This document shows, one piece after another, positions 56,610 through 63,624 of a DNA stretch of 64,000 bases. Origin of the DNA: Clostridia bacterium. Lineage in GTDB: Bacteria > Bacillota > Clostridia > Oscillospirales > QAMX01. Below the pieces are notes generated by a model. The model had not been told where the DNA came from and made no database searches. It was given only the letters and a program-made list of their open reading frames with translations. Position numbers and translations under genes: made by a program. The DNA lies in NCBI GenBank assembly GCA_017441705.1, contig JAFRWU010000044.1:43042-107041 (forward strand). Reading direction: 5' to 3'. The first letter of the stretch is position 1. Each line of letters opens with the position of its first letter.

Positions 56610-58268
56610 TTACGCCTTGTTCTTCGGCGGCCGGATCAAAAGCAGCGCCGCGAGAACGATCGCCAGGATCGCCGCAAGTCCCACCAGAATAAACGCGTAA
56701 TTCCGGTAATTCTTCACAGAGCCCGAGAGAGTTTCCGTCTGGGTGGAAAGCGCCGCGTTTTCCTCGGTCAGAGAGGCGATCTTTTCATCTTTTTCGGAAA
56801 CCGAGGCGGAAACGCTTTCGATCTCCTCCTTCAGAGCTTCCTTTTCACCGAGAAGCGCGTCGCGCTCCTCCCGTATCTTCGTCAGTTCTTCATCCGGCTT
56901 GTCGTCGCCGGGGACCTCGTTAACCACGTAACGCTGCAGCGTTTCGTCGGCGGGATCGTACCGGTAGAGCGCACGGACGCCGTCGGCGTTCACGGTATCC
57001 AGAAGGAAGAGAACGTCCTTCTGATCTCCGGCGGGTTTCATCGCGGGGATCGACGCGCCGCCGATGGAAACCGCGCTTTTTTCATAGCCTTCCGGTATTT
57101 TGCCGGACGCGGACAGAGCCAGGGGATGCAGCGTCTTGTTGCCGGCGGTCAGCGTCAGATACGGCGTCAGCGTTTTCGCCTCCGCATCCCAGAAGTAATA
57201 AGCCGCCGTCTTGTCGCCGACCCTGCCGTAAACCAGGGGCAGGACGTCCTCCGCGAGGACGAAGGCGGTATACTCGTTTTCCCCGTCCTTCAGGGTCTGC
57301 ATGGCAAAGGCCTTCGGAAGCGACGCGCCCTGGCTCGGGCGGAAGGAAAACTTTTCCCCGTCTGCGGTCACCGGACGGTATTCGTTCTTTTCGGTTTCGG
57401 AAGCGGATTCTTTTTCCGTTTCCTTCTGCGTTTCCTTCTGCGTTTCCTTCTCGGTTTCTTTCTGTGTCTCTTTCTGTGTCTCTTTCTGCGTCTCTTTCTG
57501 CGTCTCTTTCTGCGTCTCCTTCTCGGTTTCTTTCTGCGTTTCCTTTTCTGCCTCCGCTCTGGTGACGGTAATCGTATAGGTGCGGGTGCTGCCGTCCTCT
57601 GCGGTGACCTTTACCGTGATCTTGTTGGCGCCGACCGAAAGGCTCTCGTGACCGGAAACCGAAACCTTGGCCGCGCCGTCGTTGGCTTTCGCGCTGACCG
57701 CGATCTTCTTGACGGAGTTTCCCACATTTGCCTTATACGACGTCGTCTCCGGCGTAAAGGCGGGAGAAAGCTTGCCCGGCGAGATCGAAAGCGATTTCAG
57801 CGACGCGTCCGAGGAAGCCGTTTTCGGTTCCGTTACCGTGACCGAGGCGGAACCCGCTTTGACCGACATGGAATCGCCGTCGGCGTCGGAAATATCGGTA
57901 TGTGAAATCTTCAGCGTCGTTTTTCCCGCCGCCTTTGCCTTGAAGCTGAGGGTGCAGGAGAAGCTTCCGTCGCCGCTGGAGTAATAGTCGAAGATCCGGA
58001 CCTTGCCGTTTCCTCCGCTGACGCTGAGGTTGCCGACGCCGCCTTTGCCGGAATTGAAGGTGAGCATGTCCGCGTCGTAGCTGACCGTAATGTCCACGCC
58101 CGCCACCTTTTCGCCGATGGAAACCTTTATGCTGAAGTTCTCGCCCACCTCGGCGGTCGCGCCGGAGATACCGACGCTGCAGGACGCCGCGGCGGCTCCC
58201 GTGGGCAGGATCGCCGCAAACAGCACGGCGCACAGCAGAATCGGAAAGATCTTTTTCAAATACTTCAT
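56610..58268 (-). CDS. membrane-anchored surface protein: signal peptide, cohesin-like domain, cadherin-like beta-sandwich, (KETQ)n spacer, unknown domain, coiled coil, C-terminal TM anchor
   Basis: Cohesin-like: VGISGATAEVGENFSIKVSIGEKVAGVDITVSYDADMLTF...SFSCTLSFKAKAAGKTTLKIS. Cadherin-like: DASLKSLSISPGKLSPAFTPETTSYKANV...TYTITVTR. C-terminus: heptad-rich LTKIREERDALLGEKEALKEEIES, then FILVGLAAILAIVLAALLLI. Strong GGAGGTG RBS. Confidence 0.65.
   Translation of the reverse strand: MKYLKKIFPILLCAVLFAAILPTGAAAASCSVGISGATAEVGENFSIKVSIGEKVAGVDITVSYDADMLTFNSGKGGVGNLSVSGGNGKVRIFDYYSSGDGSFSCTLSFKAKAAGKTTLKISHTDISDADGDSMSVKAGSASVTVTEPKTASSDASLKSLSISPGKLSPAFTPETTSYKANVGNSVKKIAVSAKANDGAAKVSVSGHESLSVGANKITVKVTAEDGSTRTYTITVTRAEAEKETQKETEKETQKETQKETQKETQKETQKETEKETQKETQKETEKESASETEKNEYRPVTADGEKFSFRPSQGASLPKAFAMQTLKDGENEYTAFVLAEDVLPLVYGRVGDKTAAYYFWDAEAKTLTPYLTLTAGNKTLHPLALSASGKIPEGYEKSAVSIGGASIPAMKPAGDQKDVLFLLDTVNADGVRALYRYDPADETLQRYVVNEVPGDDKPDEELTKIREERDALLGEKEALKEEIESVSASVSEKDEKIASLTEENAALSTQTETLSGSVKNYRNYAFILVGLAAILAIVLAALLLIRPPKNKA
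57410..57550. repeat. 12-bp in-frame tandem repeat array (~11 units) encoding (K-E-T-Q/E)n
   Basis: The plus strand reads CGTTTCCTTCTG / TGTCTCTTTCTG / CGTCTCTTTCTG variants back to back. Protein: KETQKETEKETQKETQKETQKETQKETQKETEKETQKETQKETEKE. Confidence 0.92.
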
Positions 58269-58298
58269 CGTGACACCTCCGATCGATCGGATTGTGAA

Positions 58299-60389
58299 TT
58301 ACTGGATGATCGGCTTTTCACCCAGGATATGATTGCGCAGCTTGATCAGGTCGTTCATCCTGACTTCTCCGTCGCCGCTCGCGTCAGCGGCAAGCAGAGC
58401 GGCGTCCTTCAGGAGCGACGTTTCCAGAAGATGATTGCGCAGCTTGATCAGGTCGTTGATGCGGATCTCGCCGTCGCCGTTCAGATCTCCCAGGATCAGG
58501 ACGGTGCTTTTGCCGACTTCTTTCCCGTCTTCCGTCCGGTATACCGCAAGATCGCCAGTCCCGGCGAATTCATCGGACCCTTTGGCGCTGCCGTCCGGCG
58601 CGAAAAGTCCGGCGGTCACAAGCTCGGTTTTGAGTTTTTCCTCAAGGGCGGAGGCCGCCGTTCCGGGCTCCACGCCGCGGATATACTCGTCGAAGGAGAA
58701 GGGGTCCTTTTCCTCCCTGGCGACCGTAATCCGATACACGCGTTCGTCTCCGTTCTCCGCCCGGACGGTGATCGGGAAATCGTTTTCTCCCACCGCCAGG
58801 TCCTTCTTCCCCGCGCCGGCGATCTTCGCGGTCTTGTCGTACGCTTTGGCTTCGATCGTCAGAGAATCCACGTCGAAGGGCACGATCACGTCGTAGGAAA
58901 GGCTGTTCATGTCGAAGGTCGGCGTCAGGGTGAAGGTTTCCCGCGTTTCCTCCGTTTCTCCGTTCTCTCCCGTCGTGCTTATGCTCCGGAAGAGCGAAAC
59001 CGAAGAAAGACGGTTGTTCGGCGATCCGTCCTTCATCGGGGCGATCGACGGCTTGTCCGGCATGTTTTCAAAAACCGGGATCGAAAAAGTGAGCGGCAGG
59101 GCGCGCAGATCCTCGCTGTACGCCCGGGCAAGACGCATGGTCTCATTGTAGAAGCCGTCCACGTTCGTCATATACTCGTGAGTATACGGCGCATCGCCCT
59201 GCACGTTGTATTTTTTCAGATAGATGGTATCCTGACCCACCGCCACGTATCGCTTCGCATAAAACTCGATGCCGCCGTAAATGGCCTTGACCCGCGTGTC
59301 CCAGGGGCGCCCGTAGGAGGTGGAGCCGTTGTCGCCGCCCTTGGCGTACCAGAGTCCGTGACGGATGGCGCTGGAAAACCTTTCGTTGGCATAGGCCGCG
59401 ATATTGAAATAATTATAGTATCCCGAAAGACTGGTATCCGTGACGGTATTGCCCTCTTCGTCTTCGGTCTCAAAAGTATAGGTGCCCGAGATGCCCGGGA
59501 AATCGTGTCCTTTGGTCCCCACCTCCAGGATCACCGAGGAGGCAAAGATATAGGGACTGACCCCCCAGGTTTTCGCCGCGTCGTAAAACACCTCCGCGTA
59601 GTCAAAGGCCGTTCCGTCGGCTTCGACGCCGCCGTTTTCCATAAACGTTCCCTTGATGATGCGGTGAACGCCCTCGACCGTCTGGGTGGTTTCGTCAAAC
59701 TCCTGCTGCAGGAAGGCAAAGACGCCTTCCTTTGTCAGATAGGTACGCGGATCCATATAGTAAGCCAGGATCTCCCGGGAGGCAAGCGCCCAGTTTCCGC
59801 TGTCCCAGCCGGTGGTCCATTTGCTGGTTTTCCAGTTGTACGCCCTGCCTTCGGTGGATTTCCAGGAGGAAAGGGAGTCGTAATCGATCAGGCTGTGCCC
59901 TTCCTCCATCTCGGCGTCCAGGGAAGCCGACCAGTCGAGTCCCGTTTTCATGGCGCGGAATTCCCAGGCGGGATAATAAGCGTGGATCAGCCGGAGCGAT
60001 TCCTTGTAGCTTTCCGGGAATCCTTCCTTGTCGAGCGCCTCCTCAAAGGCGGCGTCGCCGCCGGTCTCCGGTTCGTCGCAGAAGGTGACGTATTTCCCGT
60101 TTGCGTACCCCGAAACCTCGCCGGAAAACAGATGATACCAGATTTTTCCGTCGGAGGCTTTCTCCTCTCCGTCCACGAACACCGGCGCTCCTTTGACCAG
60201 AAGCCCCACCTGCGGATATTCGGTCCCCGGCCCGCTGCGCAGCTTCAGAGACGCGAAATTATCCACGTAGCCGTAGCGCAGCTCCTCCGCTCCGGCGCCG
60301 GACGGCGGCCATAAGGGCAGAAGAAAAGCGGCGCACAGCACGAGAAGCAAAATCCGCTTTATGACGTTTTTGTATTTGATCATCCGCAT
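58299..60389 (-). CDS. secreted SH3b + GH73-like (N-acetylglucosaminidase-like) + cadherin-like + type-I dockerin protein
   Basis: Signal peptide from ATG 60389 (GGGAGA RBS). SH3b-like: ASLKLRSGPGTEYPQVGLLVKGAPVFV. Muramidase/glucosaminidase-like motifs: YYMDPRTYL, VSPYIFASSVILEVG, GYYNYFNIAAY, HEYMTNV. C-terminal duplicated Ca loops: GDLNGDGEIRINDLIKLRNHLL / ADASGDGEVRMNDLIKLRNHIL. Confidence 0.75.
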   Translation of the reverse strand: MRMIKYKNVIKRILLLVLCAAFLLPLWPPSGAGAEELRYGYVDNFASLKLRSGPGTEYPQVGLLVKGAPVFVDGEEKASDGKIWYHLFSGEVSGYANGKYVTFCDEPETGGDAAFEEALDKEGFPESYKESLRLIHAYYPAWEFRAMKTGLDWSASLDAEMEEGHSLIDYDSLSSWKSTEGRAYNWKTSKWTTGWDSGNWALASREILAYYMDPRTYLTKEGVFAFLQQEFDETTQTVEGVHRIIKGTFMENGGVEADGTAFDYAEVFYDAAKTWGVSPYIFASSVILEVGTKGHDFPGISGTYTFETEDEEGNTVTDTSLSGYYNYFNIAAYANERFSSAIRHGLWYAKGGDNGSTSYGRPWDTRVKAIYGGIEFYAKRYVAVGQDTIYLKKYNVQGDAPYTHEYMTNVDGFYNETMRLARAYSEDLRALPLTFSIPVFENMPDKPSIAPMKDGSPNNRLSSVSLFRSISTTGENGETEETRETFTLTPTFDMNSLSYDVIVPFDVDSLTIEAKAYDKTAKIAGAGKKDLAVGENDFPITVRAENGDERVYRITVAREEKDPFSFDEYIRGVEPGTAASALEEKLKTELVTAGLFAPDGSAKGSDEFAGTGDLAVYRTEDGKEVGKSTVLILGDLNGDGEIRINDLIKLRNHLLETSLLKDAALLAADASGDGEVRMNDLIKLRNHILGEKPIIQ
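58329..58457. repeat. 27-bp perfect direct repeat marking the two dockerin half-sites
   Basis: ATGATTGCGCAGCTTGATCAGGTCGTT occurs at 58329-58355 and at 58431-58457, 102 bp apart. It encodes NDLIKLRNH in both EF-hand-like segments. Confidence 0.9.
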
Positions 60390-60458
60390 ATCGTTCTCCC
60401 GGCCGCATCGTTCGGCCACGGTGCCGCAGAGCTTTCTCACAAATCGGTATCCGGGTAT

Positions 60459-60487
60459 ATTATACAAAATGAGGCGCGTTTTGTCAA
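60459..60487 (-). promoter_or_regulatory. sigma-A type promoter for the dockerin/cohesin pair
   Basis: Minus strand: TTGACA (60487-60482), 17 nt, TATAAT (60464-60459), a full consensus. Confidence 0.6.
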
Positions 60488-60526
60488 CGATAAATTGTAA
60501 CCGGTTTGTAATCTTTTCCCCGCATC

Positions 60527-60555
60527 TTGCATCCGGACCGGCGTTGTGCTACAAT
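60527..60555 (+). promoter_or_regulatory. sigma-A type promoter for the yfcE-like unit
   Basis: TTGCAT (60527-60532), 17-nt spacer ending in TGc, TACAAT (60550-60555). Confidence 0.5.
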
Positions 60556-60589
60556 GGGTAGGCACAGTAACCGAAAGGAGCCGGCTTCC

Positions 60590-61048
60590 ATGCGTCTTCT
60601 CGTTTTTTCCGACACGCATCGCCGCTCGTCCGGCATGCTTCGGATCCTTTCCTCCGCCGTTCCCGACGTTATGATCCATCTGGGCGATCTCGTAAGCGAT
60701 CTTGAGGACGTCAGGGCGGCTTTCCCGTCTCTGCGGATCCTCTCCGTTCCGGGAAACTGCGACTTCGTGCCCGACGAGGTCACGGAAACCAAAATAGGTG
60801 GCGTCCGGTTCTTTCTTTGCCACGGACATCAGTACGGCGTCAAAAGCGGACTCGGCCGCCTGAAGGCCGAGGCGAAAAAGAGGGACGCCGGGATCGTTCT
60901 TTTCGGCCATACTCACCGCGCCTGTTTGGAGGAAGAGGACGGGATCGTCTATCTGAATCCGGGAACGGCATCCGGCTTCGGGCGTCTGACCTACGGAGAG
61001 ATCTTTCTGGACCCGGAGCCGAGGGTTTTTCTGCGGGAGGAAAGCTGA
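60590..61048 (+). CDS. YfcE/MJ0936-family metallophosphoesterase
   Basis: MRLLVFSDTH, HLGDL, GNCD, HGH, GHTH, the full calcineurin-like motif set in a ~150-aa protein. ATG 60590 follows AAAGGAG. Confidence 0.85.
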   Translation: MRLLVFSDTHRRSSGMLRILSSAVPDVMIHLGDLVSDLEDVRAAFPSLRILSVPGNCDFVPDEVTETKIGGVRFFLCHGHQYGVKSGLGRLKAEAKKRDAGIVLFGHTHRACLEEEDGIVYLNPGTASGFGRLTYGEIFLDPEPRVFLREES

Positions 61049-61566
61049 TGCGTCTTTCCTACACCGCCCGAAACCCCGCCGGCGCGCGGCATATCTTTTT
61101 ACTGTCTGCATTATCGCTGTCCGTCGGTGCGGCGACGGCGCTCCTTCCCGCCGACAGGGTCGAAATGCGTCTGATCTTTGCCGGGACGGGGCTCGTCCTG
61201 TTCCTTCTGCTGGAAAGCTTTGCTCTGCGCTTCACGGCGGTTTCCTTCCGATACGAGATCCATGAAAAGGAGTTCCGGATCATCCGGACGGTCCGGAAGC
61301 GGGAAAAGGCGATCCTGTCCTTCCCTCTCAGCGAGATCCGCGCCATGTATCCCGCGCACGCTTCGCCGGTCAGGCCCGGCAGGAACGCCTGTCCCACTCT
61401 GCGCGGAAAAAGGATCACGGGAACCGTGATCCTTTACGGAAAAGAAGACGGGACCCGCGCCGTCGTCGTCGAGTGCCCTTACTCTTTCGCACGCGCCCTG
61501 AGCCGCGAAGCCGTCTCGGCGCAGTCCGGCCCGCCTGACGCTCCGGCCTCCGGGGATCCTCTGTAA
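61048..61566 (+). CDS. hypothetical two-TM membrane protein
   Basis: The ATG overlaps the upstream stop (TGATG). Two hydrophobic helices, then a ~100-aa soluble part (FRYEIHEKEFRIIRTVRKREKAILSFPLSEIRAMY). Confidence 0.5.
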   Translation: MRLSYTARNPAGARHIFLLSALSLSVGAATALLPADRVEMRLIFAGTGLVLFLLLESFALRFTAVSFRYEIHEKEFRIIRTVRKREKAILSFPLSEIRAMYPAHASPVRPGRNACPTLRGKRITGTVILYGKEDGTRAVVVECPYSFARALSREAVSAQSGPPDAPASGDPL

Positions 61567-62141
61567 AGCGCCGCTTTTCTCCGGAAAAGCGGTTTTCTTT
61601 TTCCTATGAGGCGGAGGACCGGCGCGGCCGACGCGAGGAACAGTCCCCAGAACGGATATCCGCATCCCGCCGCCGCCAGCGTCAGCGCAAAGCCCGCCGA
61701 GAACGCGAGCAGAGAGAAGATCCGGATCAGACGATCCCCCGTTTCTCCCTTTCCCCTTGATTCTGCGGTGAGCAAAACGATCCTCCCGCCGTCCAGCCCC
61801 GCCAGCGGCAGGAGATTATAAAGCGCAAGAAGGATCCCGGCAAGCCCTGCCTCCGGATCCCGAAGGCACAGGAGGCCGGCGGCCAGAAGATGCGCCGCAG
61901 GTCCTGCCGCCACGGCGATTATCTCCTTCGGATAGGAAAGATCCCCCGAGGGGATCAGGACGATCCCGAAAGCCGAAAGCTCCAGCCGCGTCACCCTTCC
62001 TCCGGCCAGCGTCACCGCCAGGATATGCGACGCCTCGTGCGCAAGGGCCGGAAGCAAAAGGCCGAAAAGCCTTTTCTCCATCCGCAGCGTGAGAACCAGC
62101 GCAAAGGAAAGAAAAAAGACGGGATCAATCCCGAAGGTCAA
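61479..62141 (-). CDS. small site-2 protease (M50) family membrane metalloprotease, SpoIVFB-like core without a CBS/PDZ domain
   Basis: HExxH in LAHEASHILAV and the second S2P motif in YNLLPLAGLDGGRI. TTG start 5 nt after AAGAGGAGG. Confidence 0.75.
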   Translation of the reverse strand: MTFGIDPVFFLSFALVLTLRMEKRLFGLLLPALAHEASHILAVTLAGGRVTRLELSAFGIVLIPSGDLSYPKEIIAVAAGPAAHLLAAGLLCLRDPEAGLAGILLALYNLLPLAGLDGGRIVLLTAESRGKGETGDRLIRIFSLLAFSAGFALTLAAAGCGYPFWGLFLASAAPVLRLIGKRKPLFRRKAALYRGSPEAGASGGPDCAETASRLRARAKE

Positions 62142-62526
62142 GTCTGCCTCCTCTTTCTGCGGTCCCGGGACGCGCCGCCTGTCCGGTCCGGACGGCGCTC
62201 ACGGCGGAGTCTTCGCCGTCTTCCCGTCCGGAAAGCGTTTCCCAGATCTCCGCGAGGTTCTCCGCCGTGCGGGTCGCGACGCGTACGGCTTCCCCGACGC
62301 CCTCGTCCCGGAGCAGCGCCTCCTCGACGTCTTTTCCGGACAGCGTTCCGCTCCGGAGCATGACCGCGGCAAGCACCGTGAGGGCCGCCGCCGCAATCAG
62401 TCTTCCGATCTCTCTGTTCACGTCCGCCTCCCGGTGATCGTAGGCGCGGCGGCGACGGCGTTTCGTTTCATAAAGCCGTTCTTCGATTCTTTCCTCTTTG
62501 GCTCTCATAACGTCCGGTCCGGTCAT
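62125..62526 (-). CDS. hypothetical single-TM protein upstream of the S2P gene
   Basis: 133 aa with a basic N-terminus and TM helix LIAAAALTVLAAVML. GGAGGA RBS lies 7 nt before the ATG. Its 3' end carries the RBS of the S2P gene (17-nt overlap). Confidence 0.5.
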   Translation of the reverse strand: MTGPDVMRAKEERIEERLYETKRRRRRAYDHREADVNREIGRLIAAAALTVLAAVMLRSGTLSGKDVEEALLRDEGVGEAVRVATRTAENLAEIWETLSGREDGEDSAVSAVRTGQAARPGTAERGGRLDLRD

Positions 62527-62552
62527 ATCCGTATCCTCCGTGTGAATGACTC

Positions 62553-62581
62553 TTGCATTTGCCGGATCTCTATCGTATAAT
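62553..62581 (+). promoter_or_regulatory. sigma-A type promoter for the Gfo/Idh/MocA-like gene
   Basis: TTGCAT (62553-62558), 17 nt, TATAAT (62576-62581). GGAAAGGAAGGAAAG RBS before ATG 62629. Confidence 0.55.
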
Positions 62582-62628
62582 CAGAAAAGAGATCTCCCGA
62601 ACGATGTTACGCGGAAAGGAAGGAAAGT

Positions 62629-63624
62629 ATGTCTTGCCAGATCGCTTTTCTCGGTTCCCCTCAGGCTTTTGCCGCGCGCGGCGGCGCTGCGGGCATACTC
62701 CCCGGCATCCTCCCCGCCGCCGTGATCGCCGGACGCGGAGGGGATGACGGCACATTTTCCGGCGCGAAACGCTTTTCTTCTCTGAAAGAAGCTTTCTTCG
62801 CTTTTCCCGCCCTGGAGGCCGTCGCGATCTCCCCTTCCTTTTCGGGAGACGGAGAGGAGTTTTATGACAACGCCTCTCTCGCTCTTTCCCACGGCAAGCA
62901 TCTTTTCGCCGCGATCCCGCCGTCGCTTTCATCGGGATCGATCGGAAAGCTCCTCGCGCTGGCGAAGGACGCGGGATGTCTGTTCTATCCCTATCTTCCC
63001 GGGATCGCATCGGACGGATTCCGCGAGGCGAAGGGGATCCTCGCCCGGAAGGAGCTCGGCGAGATCCTGCTCGCCGCGGAGGAGGGCGTCGTCTCCGGCG
63101 ATCCCCTTTTCCCCGAAGCCGGTTTTGCGGAATCGCTCCGCGAAATCCTCCTGCCCTCTTTCCTGCGGCTGCAGATCCTTTTCGGGGAGGTCCTGTCGGT
63201 TTCCGCCCTTGCCGAACGCAGCGGGGCGTCCCGCGCAGAAGGGATCCCGCGGCCCGATGCGGTCACGGCGGAGATCCGGTTCGTGTCGGGACCGATCTGC
63301 ACGGTATTCTGTCGTTCCGCATCCCCCGAAGCCCGCGCGCGTCTTCTGATTTCCGGGAGGAACGGCGAGTTTTCCGTCGATCTCTCCTTCGATGCGGGAT
63401 CGCCGGACAATGCGTATGACGACGAATTCGCCTCTATTCCGGGCGGCGACGAATTCGATCAGGCTTTTTCCGGTTTCCTTCTCGCCCTCCGGGAAAGCGA
63501 ACCGCGCGATCTTCTCCCCTCCGAAGCGCTTCTGCTTCCCGACGCCGTACGGTACGCCGACGCCGCCGTCTCCTCGGCGCTTTCCGGCGGCAGCCGGGTG
63601 CTTCTGCCGGAAGCGAGGTTCTGA
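62629..63624 (+). CDS. Gfo/Idh/MocA-like oxidoreductase-fold protein with a degenerate dinucleotide-binding motif (provisional)
   Basis: Layout resembles the family: IAFLGS..., HGKHLFAAIPP, LLALAKDAGCLFYPYLP, FREAKGILARKELGEIL. A clean GxGxxG is missing. Good promoter and RBS. Confidence 0.5.
   Translation: MSCQIAFLGSPQAFAARGGAAGILPGILPAAVIAGRGGDDGTFSGAKRFSSLKEAFFAFPALEAVAISPSFSGDGEEFYDNASLALSHGKHLFAAIPPSLSSGSIGKLLALAKDAGCLFYPYLPGIASDGFREAKGILARKELGEILLAAEEGVVSGDPLFPEAGFAESLREILLPSFLRLQILFGEVLSVSALAERSGASRAEGIPRPDAVTAEIRFVSGPICTVFCRSASPEARARLLISGRNGEFSVDLSFDAGSPDNAYDDEFASIPGGDEFDQAFSGFLLALRESEPRDLLPSEALLLPDAVRYADAAVSSALSGGSRVLLPEARF

Noticed and set aside
39917-57550. Tandem repeats at 39917-40018 and 57410-57550 as CRISPR or other non-coding arrays.
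   Set aside because: Units of 42 bp and 12 bp are head-to-tail with no spacers. They are in frame inside well-supported genes and translate to sensible low-complexity linkers. No cas genes are present.
43665-60314. Very long antisense ORFs 45985-48792 (+, 935 aa), 49736-51883 (+, 715 aa), 51929-53041 (+), 54744-55997 (+) and 58329-60314 (+, 661 aa).
   Set aside because: They lie opposite addA, addB, spoIIR/ispE, the aminotransferase and the dockerin protein, all of which carry diagnostic motifs. Their length reflects stop-codon scarcity rather than coding.
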